Position numbers and translations under genes: made by a program
Assembly (NCBI GenBank): GCA_017450525.1
Contig: JAFSTJ010000148.1
Location: 1 to 52,038, forward strand
Reading direction: 5' to 3'
Origin: Victivallales bacterium
Lineage (GTDB): Bacteria; Verrucomicrobiota; Lentisphaeria; Oligosphaerales; Oligosphaeraceae
Length of the DNA stretch: 52,038 nt
Notes under the pieces: generated by a model
Told to the model about the DNA's origin: nothing
Seen by the model: the letters and a program-made list of their open reading frames with translations, nothing else
Database searches by the model: none
Shown here: positions 1-8,397 of the stretch, piece by piece
Position numbering within the stretch: the first letter of the stretch is position 1
Layout of the letters: every line of letters begins with the position of its first letter

Positions 1-1180
1 GGCTGGTATCGTAGTAGTCGGGTAGGCCTTTGCCAGGCATGCCTGGCAAACCAAGGAATTCCCATGCGGAGGAAGCAGCTTCCACGGCAAGATATTCGCC
101 TTCAGTATCCATCCAGTCGTTGGGGCCGAAGCCTTCCACCAGCACACGGCGCGGCGCGATGGCAGCCAATAGCAGATGCTGGTCGAATGTCAGCAGTTCT
201 GGTGGATTAGGTGCGTATTTCGCGTATGCCTTGCAGTACCAGTGTGTGAACATACGAACTTCCGTGCCGATACACTCGCCAAAATCCCGCTTTGCAATGC
301 AGACACCGCCGCCACCGCATTGGTTGGGTACGCAAACGGCGAAGCGTTCGTCTCTTGCCGCCGCTAGGAACGCGGCTTTGCCTAGCCTGGAGCAGCCAGT
401 GACAACATTGCGCTTTGCATCCAATTCGGGTATGCGCTCGGCAAGATCTAGACCCCGTGAAAGCGCCCAGGCCCAGGCACCGATGGCGGTGGTGTTGTCA
501 TCACGTGTTTCATCACGTTTGCCCCACAGCGAAAATACGCCTGTATACGGGAATGTTGCCTGGCTGAAGGCAGGATTGGCCTCGTTCCAATCGGGGTCTG
601 GGGACACCTCGCAGTAGCAGGCGGTCAGTACCGCATAGCCACGGGCGATTATCATGCCTATCGGGAATGAGAAGGCGCTGTTCTGGTCCTGGAATTCGTG
701 TCCCCTGGCACTATCAAGCACCCTGTTGTTCTCCACATTAGCTCCGTTTCTGCTCCAGGCAGTCATTGGCGGCACTTCCACATCAGGCGTCAGTTCGAAG
801 TTGCCCCTGTAGTTCAGGAAGATTATTACAGGAACGGGGCCTTTTGCGTGTCGCGGGCGATACAGCAGCCAGTTTATGCAGGGGCCGCTTTTGTCCTCCT
901 TGAAATACATTTTGTATTGGCTTCTTACAGCAAAGCCTGCCAGTGCCACGCCTTCCTCCCAGCATTCTGTAATCGATGTGGCTGGCGTGGGAGGTTCCTG
1001 CCCATACATCTCCTTTGCAAATACATCCAGTATTTCGCGGCGCCTTCGCGGCCAGTCCTCGGGTCCTTTCAGTTTACTTCCGTCAAAGAATATCAGTGGG
1101 TCCTCCAGCGTGTAGGGTGCAATTTTGCTTGCATCGTAATTTGGCTGGTCGTAGTCTGGTCTGATGGGATTGCAGTTCAT
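1..1180 (-). CDS. Carbohydrate esterase family 15 (glucuronoyl esterase-like); C-terminus runs off the window start
   Basis: Absent from the ORF track because it is open at the window edge. My translation of the minus strand from ATG 1180..1178 is uninterrupted to position 1 (MNCNPIRPDYDQ...). It contains VTGCSRLGKAA, the G-C-S-R-x-G nucleophile motif of CE15. The + strand ORFs 30..617 and 698..1330 are antisense shadows. Confidence 0.8.
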   Translation of the reverse strand, partial: MNCNPIRPDYDQPNYDASKIAPYTLEDPLIFFDGSKLKGPEDWPRRRREILDVFAKEMYGQEPPTPATSITECWEEGVALAGFAVRSQYKMYFKEDKSGPCINWLLYRPRHAKGPVPVIIFLNYRGNFELTPDVEVPPMTAWSRNGANVENNRVLDSARGHEFQDQNSAFSFPIGMIIARGYAVLTACYCEVSPDPDWNEANPAFSQATFPYTGVFSLWGKRDETRDDNTTAIGAWAWALSRGLDLAERIPELDAKRNVVTGCSRLGKAAFLAAARDERFAVCVPNQCGGGGVCIAKRDFGECIGTEVRMFTHWYCKAYAKYAPNPPELLTFDQHLLLAAIAPRRVLVEGFGPNDWMDTEGEYLAVEAASSAWEFLGLPGMPGKGLPDYYDTS

Positions 1181-1331
1181 GTTGTTGTCACTCAATTGAA
1201 TTTTCCTGTGCCATTGGGCAAGTTTATGGATTTGAATGATGCCAATATACAAAAACAGGTGTCTTTTTCAATGGTGAATTGTTTTGAAAATGCGGAATTG
1301 CCTGCATATTATCCATACGAGGAAGAATGAC

Positions 1332-2015
1332 ATGGAAAGGATTGAAGATCTGGTGTTGATAATTGTCGCGGCTGGCACGTCGGAAAGGTTTGGCGGCAGG
1401 GAAAAGCAGCTGGAGTTGCTGGGTGGATTGCCTGTATTTCTCCATTCGGTGAAGAACCTTTCGCCTTTGGCAGGAGCATGCGTCATCGCAGTCCCTCAAG
1501 GCAAGCTTGCGCATTACAGGGATGTTGCCGTTAAATATGGATTTGCATCAGACAAACTGCATTTTGTGGAGGGGGGAAGCAGTAGAACTGCCTCTGTGCA
1601 CAATGCCTTGGCAAAGGCGGCTTCTCTGTTACAGGATGGTATAGTTGCCATTCATGATGCGGCAAGGCCCTTGGCCAGCCAGGAAATGCTGCGGTGTCTT
1701 GTAAAGACTGCACGTGATTTTGGCGGCGCCGCGCCAGGAAAAGAAGTCAGTGACACCATGCTACGCACTGATGAAAACGACAATATTGCGGAATACATCC
1801 CAAGGACGGGAATATGGCATGTGGCAACGCCACAGGTATTCAGATTGCAGGAGTTGCTCAATGCATACAATGCCGTGCAGAACCAAGCTTTCACAGACGA
1901 TACTCAGGTCTTTCTGCATAATGGGGGCAAGGTGCGTATGCTGCAGGAAAATGCCTGCAATATAAAGATAACGTATCAAGAAGACCTGGAACTGTGCCGC
2001 AGCCTTCTGCCTTAA
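1332..2015 (+). CDS. ispD: 2-C-methyl-D-erythritol 4-phosphate cytidylyltransferase
   Basis: ORF 1284..2015. Start placed at ATG 1332 (MERIEDLVLIIVAAGTSERFGG...), giving the glycine-rich cytidylyltransferase N-terminus and overall length typical of IspD. The upstream alternative start is 1284. Confidence 0.88.
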   Translation: MERIEDLVLIIVAAGTSERFGGREKQLELLGGLPVFLHSVKNLSPLAGACVIAVPQGKLAHYRDVAVKYGFASDKLHFVEGGSSRTASVHNALAKAASLLQDGIVAIHDAARPLASQEMLRCLVKTARDFGGAAPGKEVSDTMLRTDENDNIAEYIPRTGIWHVATPQVFRLQELLNAYNAVQNQAFTDDTQVFLHNGGKVRMLQENACNIKITYQEDLELCRSLLP

Positions 2016-2024
2016 GCAACTTGA

Positions 2025-2053
2025 GTGGTCCCCGCCTCGGGGACCACATTTTA
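2025..2053 (+). terminator. GC-rich hairpin after ispD; candidate terminator between convergent genes
   Basis: gtggtcccc(gcctc)ggggaccac, a 9-bp stem at 2025..2047, followed by atttta. A partial second copy (cgcccgcctcggggac) follows. It lies between the ispD stop (2015) and the stop of the minus-strand gene at 2076. Confidence 0.5.
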
Positions 2054-2075
2054 CGCCCGCCTCGGGGACTTGAAA

Positions 2076-3035
2076 CTATGGCGTTGAGAAGTATATGGAC
2101 TGCCTCTTGCCGCCTTTGTCCAGGGTAGACTCATTGATTGTGACAAATGTGCCCAGTTTGGTCAATTCCCTGTCTGTCATCAGGAAATCCAGCCTGTTGG
2201 CGGTTGCGTTTTTGATTATGAGTTCCTGAAGTATGGCCTGCTTTGCATATTCCACTATCATGATTTTCAGTCCTGTGGATTGTGCTTTCTTGAGATAGCG
2301 CAGGCTTTCCCTCATATCGCGGTCGCTGTTGAACTTGTTGCCGTCGGTAAATACATCTTCCGCGCCTATGCCGTCAAGCAGGCGCAGATAAGCATAGTCC
2401 ACCAGCATTGCAAGTGCGTTTTGCTGGAATATCAGAAATCTTGGGGATGTTCTTCTTGCATACCTGACCAGCGTAGCCACAAAGCGCTTCATGTCTTCCC
2501 TATATGGCCTTTGTGTTTCGCGGTTGATGCACATGTCCTTTCCATTCTCGAAGTATTCATAGCCGTCCACGATATCCAGATAGACACCGTCAAAGCCCTG
2601 TTGTATGATAGTATCAAGATACTTCATCACGATTTCCTGCCAGCGCTTGTTCCAATAGCGCACGCGGTAGTTGCCTTTCCATTCAGGATTCTCGTCCAGC
2701 AGAAAATCAGGACGCTTGCCCTTGAGCCAATCTGCCTTCCAATATGGACGATAGTTCTCTGCTTCGCCAATTGAAAGATATGCCAGGATTTTCCGTTTTT
2801 TATCGGCCTTTTTCATTGCGGCTAGCTCTTTGGACTGCCAAATACCATTTTCGCTGCCATCAAATGAATAGTCTATTATGACGAAATCCCTCCCGCTTTC
2901 ATTGATCTTCTTGATGAAGTCCGCCTTGTTCTTGGCAAACTTGTCTGCTTGAAGAATATAGGCAAAGGACGGACCAGCGCATAGCCCTGCTACGCCAATG
3001 AAAAATAGGCAAAGTAGCAATTTTACAATTTTCAT
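2076..3035 (-). CDS. GH114-like (endo-alpha-1,4-polygalactosaminidase / TM1410-type) putative secreted glycosidase
   Basis: ORF 2076..3206 trimmed to ATG 3035 (MKIVKLLLCLFFIGVAGLCAG..., signal or lipoprotein-like). The longer version would overlap ispG. Family-typical pattern read by eye: FVIIDYSFDG ... ILAYLSIGEAENYRPYW ... YWNKRWQEIV ... GFDGVYLDIVD. Confidence 0.7.
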   Translation of the reverse strand: MKIVKLLLCLFFIGVAGLCAGPSFAYILQADKFAKNKADFIKKINESGRDFVIIDYSFDGSENGIWQSKELAAMKKADKKRKILAYLSIGEAENYRPYWKADWLKGKRPDFLLDENPEWKGNYRVRYWNKRWQEIVMKYLDTIIQQGFDGVYLDIVDGYEYFENGKDMCINRETQRPYREDMKRFVATLVRYARRTSPRFLIFQQNALAMLVDYAYLRLLDGIGAEDVFTDGNKFNSDRDMRESLRYLKKAQSTGLKIMIVEYAKQAILQELIIKNATANRLDFLMTDRELTKLGTFVTINESTLDKGGKRQSIYFSTP

Positions 3036-3066
3036 GGTCGTGTGTGGTTCGTATTTTGTATTCTCC

Positions 3067-4119
3067 CTAAAGTTCCTTAAGCAGGGCGGGCAGCAATTCA
3101 CCAGCTTCCAGAGTGGTGATTTTGCGGCCTTTCCTGAAGAGGATGCCCTGTTTGTTGGCGGCGCCAGCGATGCCAATGTCCGCATTGGAGGCCTCGCCAG
3201 GGCCATTGACCTCGCAGCCCATGACGGCGATGCTACCGACTTTGAACTTATGCCCAGATGCCTTTAGTTCATCGATTGCCTTCTCCACCGCCGATACCAG
3301 CTGCATTAGGTCTATTCTTGTTCGCGCGCAGGTGGGGCATGAGATTATCTCAGGCTCTGCCTTGCGCAATCCAGTCGCCTCCAGGATGCGGAGCGCAGCC
3401 TTGATTTCCTCCACTGGCGGTGCAGTCAGGCTGACACGTATTGTGTCACCTATGCCCTCCAGCAGCAAGGCGCCAATGCCAACTGCGGATTTGACAATGC
3501 CGCAGGAGACAGGCCCAGCCTCCGTTATGCCCAGATGCAACGGAATATCCGTCTTCTCTGCAAACATGCGGCAGGCGCTTACGGTAGTTCGCACATCCGA
3601 GGCCTTCAGGCTTACCTTCAAAGCATGGCAGCCCTCCTCCTCGAACAGACGGACATACTGCAGTGCGCTTTCAACCATCGCCTTGGGTGTGCGCCCATAT
3701 CTTGCCTTGGCATTCTCTGAAAGGCTGCCCATGTTCACGCCGATGCGTATAGGACGCCCCATCTCTGCTGCCTTGTGCGCAACATCTCGGGCCGCCTTCT
3801 CGGAGAGAAGGTTGCCTGGATTGACACGCACACATGCCGCACCGCGTTCCAAGGCACCAATTGCCAATGTGTGGTCAAAATGTATATCCGCCACAATTGG
3901 AATTGGGCTTAGCCTGCATATTTCACCAAACGGCGTAAGCGCGTCGTGGTTCTGCACGGCGCAGCGTGCTATTTGGCAGCCTGCTGCGGCAAGCTGGTCA
4001 ATTTGGTGCAATGTGGCAACGCTGTCAGCAGTATCTGTATTGGTCATCGACTGAATAGAAACAGGAGTCCCCCCGCCGATTTTAACATTGCCTACTAGTA
4101 TTTGCCTGGTTTTGCGCAC
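3067..4119 (-). CDS. ispG: 4-hydroxy-3-methylbut-2-en-1-yl diphosphate synthase
   Basis: ORF 3067..4185 contains ILVGNVKIGGGTPVSIQSMTNTDT and the C-terminal Cys-containing IISCPTCAR / MGCEVNGPGE segments typical of IspG. The 4185 start is a TTG inside a promoter-like TTGCTA-n16/17-TACTAT stretch. I therefore prefer GTG 4119 (VRKTRQILVG) preceded by GGTG. Confidence 0.88.
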   Translation of the reverse strand: MRKTRQILVGNVKIGGGTPVSIQSMTNTDTADSVATLHQIDQLAAAGCQIARCAVQNHDALTPFGEICRLSPIPIVADIHFDHTLAIGALERGAACVRVNPGNLLSEKAARDVAHKAAEMGRPIRIGVNMGSLSENAKARYGRTPKAMVESALQYVRLFEEEGCHALKVSLKASDVRTTVSACRMFAEKTDIPLHLGITEAGPVSCGIVKSAVGIGALLLEGIGDTIRVSLTAPPVEEIKAALRILEATGLRKAEPEIISCPTCARTRIDLMQLVSAVEKAIDELKASGHKFKVGSIAVMGCEVNGPGEASNADIGIAGAANKQGILFRKGRKITTLEAGELLPALLKEL

Positions 4120-4221
4120 ACCGACACCTATAAAAGTGCTATATAGTATCCTGTATTTGTAATTTAGCAAGAGGGATGTCGCCAAAAAAATACAATTATT
4201 GTAAATTTCGAATACTTACGC

Positions 4222-4258
4222 TAAAAAGCCCTGCCATTCGCGGCAAATGGCAGGGCTT
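4222..4258 (-). terminator. Rho-independent terminator downstream of tRNA-Asn
   Basis: Perfect 12-bp stem agccctgccatt / aatggcagggct (4227..4238 and 4246..4257) with a 7-nt loop. On the minus strand it is followed by TTTTT (plus-strand aaaaa at 4223..4227). Confidence 0.75.
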
Positions 4259-4263
4259 GAAAA

Positions 4264-4338
4264 TGGCTCCAGCAGCTGGGCTCGAACCAGCGACCAAGTG
4301 GTTAACAGCCACCTACTCTACCGCTGAGCTATGCTGGA
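4264..4338 (-). tRNA. tRNA-Asn (anticodon GTT), CCA encoded
   Basis: Reverse complement reads TCCAGCATAGCTCAGCGGTAGAGTAGGTGGCTGTTAACCACTTGGTCGCTGGTTCGAGCCCAGCTGCTGGAGCCA. The 7-bp acceptor stem is TCCAGCA/TGCTGGA. D-loop AGCTCAGCGGTAGAG, anticodon loop CTGTTAA and T-arm GGTTCGAGCC are all present. Confidence 0.92.
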
Positions 4339-4466
4339 TTGTTGTTCTCTTTTGAAAAACAGCCATAATTTATGACTATTCGTGAAAAAAGCAAACTTGT
4401 TATGCCTTTTTTTCCAAAAAAATATGGCAAAAATAATTATTATTCGTATTTTGCAATATCAAAGAT

Positions 4467-5084
4467 ATGATGTATATTCACGACCCGTTCACAAAAAACT
4501 ACGATTTTATTACAATGATGGAAAAGAGCAAAAACAGTTCTATTTTTTTGATACCAATAGTGTTGATATTCCTGTTTGTTGCGGGGGCGGCATTGTGGCA
4601 TCATTTGAATCTCCGTGAGGTAAACAAGGCTCAGATAGACGCCATAGCGGAGGCCATGGCGGCGAAGCACAATGTCAAACCCGAGCTGGTGAAGGCGATT
4701 ATCTGGAAGGAGAGCCGCTACCATGTCAAGGCAGTAGGCAAGGCAGGTGAGGTGGGTCTTATGCAGATACATACTTCAGCCGTTCAGGAATGGAGCAACC
4801 GCACGAAGAACCCAATGCCCACGAGAACGCAGCTTTTCAATCCAGAGACCAACATTAATATTGGCGCCTGGTATCTTTCCTGGACTGGCAGCCATTGGAA
4901 GGGCTACAAATCAGCATTGGTATTGCAGATTTCTGAATACAATGCAGGATATGGCAATGTGACCAAGGGCTGGAAGCCCAAGTCGCCAGATGCCGAGGTC
5001 AAACTGGAGCAAATCAATATAACAAGCACCCGTAAATATGTGCACGATGTATTGAAGCGGATGGAGGCCATGTCGGAGAAATGA
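4467..5084 (+). CDS. Lytic transglycosylase (SLT/GH23 domain), membrane-anchored
   Basis: N-terminal hydrophobic segment IFLIPIVLIFLFVAGAALW. SLT-type motifs IIWKESRY, GEVGLMQI and EYNAGYGNV are present. The internal Met at 4515 is an alternative start. Confidence 0.85.
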   Translation: MMYIHDPFTKNYDFITMMEKSKNSSIFLIPIVLIFLFVAGAALWHHLNLREVNKAQIDAIAEAMAAKHNVKPELVKAIIWKESRYHVKAVGKAGEVGLMQIHTSAVQEWSNRTKNPMPTRTQLFNPETNINIGAWYLSWTGSHWKGYKSALVLQISEYNAGYGNVTKGWKPKSPDAEVKLEQINITSTRKYVHDVLKRMEAMSEK

Positions 5085-6001
5085 GCAATCTTATTGGCGC
5101 TTCAGATATCATGGGGCGGTTGAATGCCAGGTTGGAACGGCTAGCGGCATTGGAGGCAAACGTGCTGATTGAAGGCGAGACAGGCACTGGCAAGGAATTG
5201 GCGGCACGTAGCATCCACGCAAAATCCGCCCGTCGCAAAGGGCCGTTTGTGGCATTGAATTGCGGTGCTCTTCCCAGGACATTGCTGGAGAGCCAGCTTT
5301 TCGGCAGTGCAAAGGGCACCTTCACTGGCGCCAGTGAAGACAGGCGTGGCCTCTGCGAAGAGGCAAACAGCGGCATTCTCTTTCTCGATGAAATCGGCGA
5401 ATTGCCATTGGAGGCTCAGGCGGCACTCCTTCGCTTTCTGGACAGCGGCGAGATAATGCGCCTTGGCGAAAACCGCAGCCGCCGTTGCGACGTTCGCGTC
5501 ATCGCCGCCACTAACAGGAAACTGCAGTCAATGCTTGAGGCGGGAACATTTCGCCAGGATCTGTACTATAGGCTATCAGTGCTGAAGGTGAGCATGCCGC
5601 CTTTAGCCAGCCATATTGAGGACATAGGACAACTGGCAAGGCATTTCCTTTGCCAGATAGGACCTGGCTACCAGCTGTCAGACGAGGCTGTGGACGCTCT
5701 TTGCCATCGCCAATGGCCTGGCAACGTGCGGGAACTACGCAATGTGATGTGGCAGGCCGCCGAAATGGCGGAAAACCACCGCATCACCGCAAACTGCATA
5801 CCTGTGGATTATTGGAATTCAACCCTTACTTCTCCGACGCGTCAATGCACAAACATGACTGAGGCGATTGAACAACTGCAGGACAAAATGATACAGCAGG
5901 CATTGCAGGAATGCAAAGGAAATATGTGCTTGGCCGCCAAAAAACTCGGCATCCACCGAAACACACTCCGTAACCTCCTTCAACGCAAAGACGCCTTTTA
6001 A
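5081..6001 (+). CDS. Sigma-54-dependent transcriptional activator: AAA+ core plus Fis-type HTH, no N-terminal sensor/receiver domain
   Basis: Walker A GETGTGKE, GAFTGA-loop variant ESQLFGSAKGTFTGA, Walker B ILFLDEIGEL, RVIAATN, FRQDLYYRL, WPGNVRELRN. C-terminal HTH: NMCLAAKKLGIHRNTLRNLL. The ATG overlaps the upstream stop (ATGA at 5081..5084). Confidence 0.9.
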   Translation: MSNLIGASDIMGRLNARLERLAALEANVLIEGETGTGKELAARSIHAKSARRKGPFVALNCGALPRTLLESQLFGSAKGTFTGASEDRRGLCEEANSGILFLDEIGELPLEAQAALLRFLDSGEIMRLGENRSRRCDVRVIAATNRKLQSMLEAGTFRQDLYYRLSVLKVSMPPLASHIEDIGQLARHFLCQIGPGYQLSDEAVDALCHRQWPGNVRELRNVMWQAAEMAENHRITANCIPVDYWNSTLTSPTRQCTNMTEAIEQLQDKMIQQALQECKGNMCLAAKKLGIHRNTLRNLLQRKDAF

Positions 6002-6123
6002 CGCAGAGGCGCAAAGACGCAGAGACGCAGAGTTTTTTAGAGTTTTATGAGGTAATTGCAAAACTATTGGCGTTGCAAGCCTTTGCCGCTGGCTGAAGCC
6101 AGCGGCTCCGATAGTTTGCAGCG

Positions 6124-8397
6124 TTATGATTTGGCCCTGATGGCGGCGCGGCGTATCTTGCCGTTGACTGTCTTGGGCAATTCGCTTACGAATTCGATGA
6201 TGCGGGGATACTTGTATGGTGCGGTATGTGTCTTGACATATTCCTTGATCTCAGTGGCGAGTTGATCCGAAGGCTCCTTGCCCTTGACCAATACGACCGT
6301 TGCCTTGACGACTTTGCCGCGTGTCGGGTCAGGCACGCCAGTGACCGCGCATTCCAGGATATATGGCAGCTCCATAAGGACGCTCTCCACCTCGAATGGG
6401 CCCACCCTGTATCCAGATGTCTTGATTATGTCATCGGCGCGTCCTTGGTACCAGAAGTATCCTTTTTCGTCTTGCCATGCCTGGTCGCCTGTGTGGTAGT
6501 AGCCGTCATGCCATGCGGCTTTGGTGTCGTCAGGCGCGTCCATATAGCACTTGAACAGGCCGCAAGGATGGTTGGCATCATCCGCCTTGATGCATATCTC
6601 GCCAGTTTCGCCAGTCTTGACTGGCTTGCCTGCCTCGTCCAGCAATATCACATCATATTGCGGATTTGCCTTTCCCATGGAGCCAGGACAGGGCTTCATG
6701 TCCGAAAGGGTGCCGATGGTGAGCGTGGTCTCGGTCTGACCGAAACCCTCGTATGGCAGCTGTCCTGAAACACGAGCGAATGCCTCGCTGACTTCGGCAG
6801 GCATGGCTTCGCCAGCCGTGGTCACATGCTCCAGCGTGGAGAAGTCATACTGCGCGATGTCTTCCTTGACCATGAATCTGAATATGGTGGGCGGTGCACA
6901 GAATGTGGTGATGCCGAATTTCTTGAACATTGGGAGTATCTCGGCGGCATGGAAGCGGTCGAAGTCGTATGTGAATACGCCAGCTTCGCAGAGCCATTGA
7001 CCGTAGATTTTGCCCCACAGCGCCTTGCCCCAGCCAGTGTCAGCTATGGTGAAATGCAGACCATCTGGGTTTACTTTGTGCCAATGGCGGGCCGTCATGA
7101 TATGGCCCAGCGGATATGCGTAGTCATGCTCCACCATCTTGGGATAGCCTGTGGTGCCAGAACTGAAGAAGATCAGCATTGGGTCGCTGGTGCGCTGCTC
7201 CTCTGCGCGGGGGAAGTCTGGCTTGAAGTTGGGATACAGTTCGTCATAGTTTAGCCATCCATCATGCTTGCCGTTGACGACGAACTTCAGCCTCATTCCA
7301 TTGTAGTCTGCGCCGTCGATCTCGTTGCAGATATTGCCGTCCGCCGATGCGAAGATGTACTTGATGTTGGCTTTTTTGAAGCGGTATTCGAAGTCATGGG
7401 CGGTCATCTGGCAGGAGGCGGGAACCGCGACGGCGCCCAGGATATGCAGGGCATTCAGCACATACCAGAACTGATAATGCCTCTTCAGCACCAGCATGAC
7501 TCTGTCCCCTCTGCGCACGCCCATGGAATGCAGCAGATTGGCGGTACGCATTGCGTTGTCGCTGATTTCGCGGAATGTGAAGTCATGGAGCTCCTGGTTC
7601 TTGGAGAGCCAGCGCATGGCTATCTTATCGGGGCACTGGTCAGCCAGGCGCTTCAACACGTCATACGCGAAGTTGAAGTTGTCTGGCACCTTGAAGCTGA
7701 CTTTCTTCAGTGTGCTGTCCTCATTCCATTCTTCGTCCATGTATTCCTGATACAGCAGATGCCTTTGCGCGGCCTTGTTGGTGTCGGGAGCCTTCTTTGG
7801 TTCCATAGCGAACCTATCGGGCTTGCTGGCATCGTCGTTCTTGCCGTGCATCACTATGGAGAGGAACTTGCAGCCTTCTGGGCTTATGGCAGTCATGGCA
7901 TGTGGGTCCCTGCCGTCGAAATATATGCTGTCTCCCTGGTTGAGGATTTCTTCCTTGCCATCAAGGAACACCTTCAGCGTGCCTGAGATTATAAGGTCGA
8001 ATTCCTGGCCATTGTGCTCGGAATACTGGATAAGTTGGTCTTGTTTGCCGCAGGGAGCGGTGACGATGAAGGGTTCGCCTGTGCGCTCCTTCATGCGTAT
8101 TGCCTGGTGCAGATAGGAGAAGCCAGGTCTGCGTACAAAGGGGAAGCCCTCGCCATCCCTAGTGACTGTGTAGTGGGCGAGATTAGATTCCTCGCCACTG
8201 ATAACCGAGGACACATCCAGCCCAAAATACTCAGCAACATTGTAGTAGAACGAGAAGGGGGCCTGCTTTGTGCCGTCTTCGTAGGTCTGGTAGTTCTCTA
8301 CCGTCACGCCCAGGATTTCCGCCATCTGCTGCACGGTCAATCCTTTCTGCGTACGCAATTCGCGAACCCTCATTGCGATTTGTTCATTCTTTTCCAT
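6124..8397 (-). CDS. Fusion protein: XRE-type HTH + cupin + AMP-forming acyl-CoA synthetase/ligase
   Basis: N-terminal VRELRTQKGLTVQQMAEILGVTVENYQTYE (HTH_3-like). A cupin-like block follows (HNGQEFDLIISGTLKVFLDGKEEILNQGDSIYFDGRDPHAM). ANL-superfamily motifs are FFSSGTTGYPKMV, YGQTE-like GFGQTET, YHTGD, GRADDIIKTSGYRVGPFEVES and a terminal NGKIRR. Confidence 0.9.
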   Translation of the reverse strand: MEKNEQIAMRVRELRTQKGLTVQQMAEILGVTVENYQTYEDGTKQAPFSFYYNVAEYFGLDVSSVISGEESNLAHYTVTRDGEGFPFVRRPGFSYLHQAIRMKERTGEPFIVTAPCGKQDQLIQYSEHNGQEFDLIISGTLKVFLDGKEEILNQGDSIYFDGRDPHAMTAISPEGCKFLSIVMHGKNDDASKPDRFAMEPKKAPDTNKAAQRHLLYQEYMDEEWNEDSTLKKVSFKVPDNFNFAYDVLKRLADQCPDKIAMRWLSKNQELHDFTFREISDNAMRTANLLHSMGVRRGDRVMLVLKRHYQFWYVLNALHILGAVAVPASCQMTAHDFEYRFKKANIKYIFASADGNICNEIDGADYNGMRLKFVVNGKHDGWLNYDELYPNFKPDFPRAEEQRTSDPMLIFFSSGTTGYPKMVEHDYAYPLGHIMTARHWHKVNPDGLHFTIADTGWGKALWGKIYGQWLCEAGVFTYDFDRFHAAEILPMFKKFGITTFCAPPTIFRFMVKEDIAQYDFSTLEHVTTAGEAMPAEVSEAFARVSGQLPYEGFGQTETTLTIGTLSDMKPCPGSMGKANPQYDVILLDEAGKPVKTGETGEICIKADDANHPCGLFKCYMDAPDDTKAAWHDGYYHTGDQAWQDEKGYFWYQGRADDIIKTSGYRVGPFEVESVLMELPYILECAVTGVPDPTRGKVVKATVVLVKGKEPSDQLATEIKEYVKTHTAPYKYPRIIEFVSELPKTVNGKIRRAAIRAKS

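Noticed and set aside
30-1330. Plus-strand ORFs 30..617 (195 aa) and 698..1330 (210 aa) from the ORF track
   Set aside because: Their translations are low-complexity (Ala/Ser/Pro/Arg-rich) without motifs. The opposite strand carries a continuous CE15-like frame with the GCSRxG motif. They are antisense shadow ORFs.
2076-3206. Long version (376 aa) of the GH114-like ORF
   Set aside because: The first 57 codons overlap the 3' end of ispG on the same strand and encode an Ala/Pro/Ser/Arg-rich peptide. ATG 3035 starts a typical signal peptide, so the shorter form is used.
4264-4338. tRNA-Asn as an integration site for a genomic island
   Set aside because: No direct repeat of the tRNA 3' end, no integrase gene and no compositional break adjacent to the tRNA could be seen in this window.
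4339-4466. Sigma-54 promoter (TGGCAC-N5-TTGC) search near the EBP gene and in the other intergenic regions (9187..9455, 20105..20383, 23073..23197, 36462..36606, 39571..39621)
   Set aside because: I found only loose GG/GC pairs with wrong spacing. For example, aggcacgggagaaaatgc at 39609..39626 has its GG and GC elements 15 nt apart instead of 12 and overlaps a start codon. No site is good enough to report.
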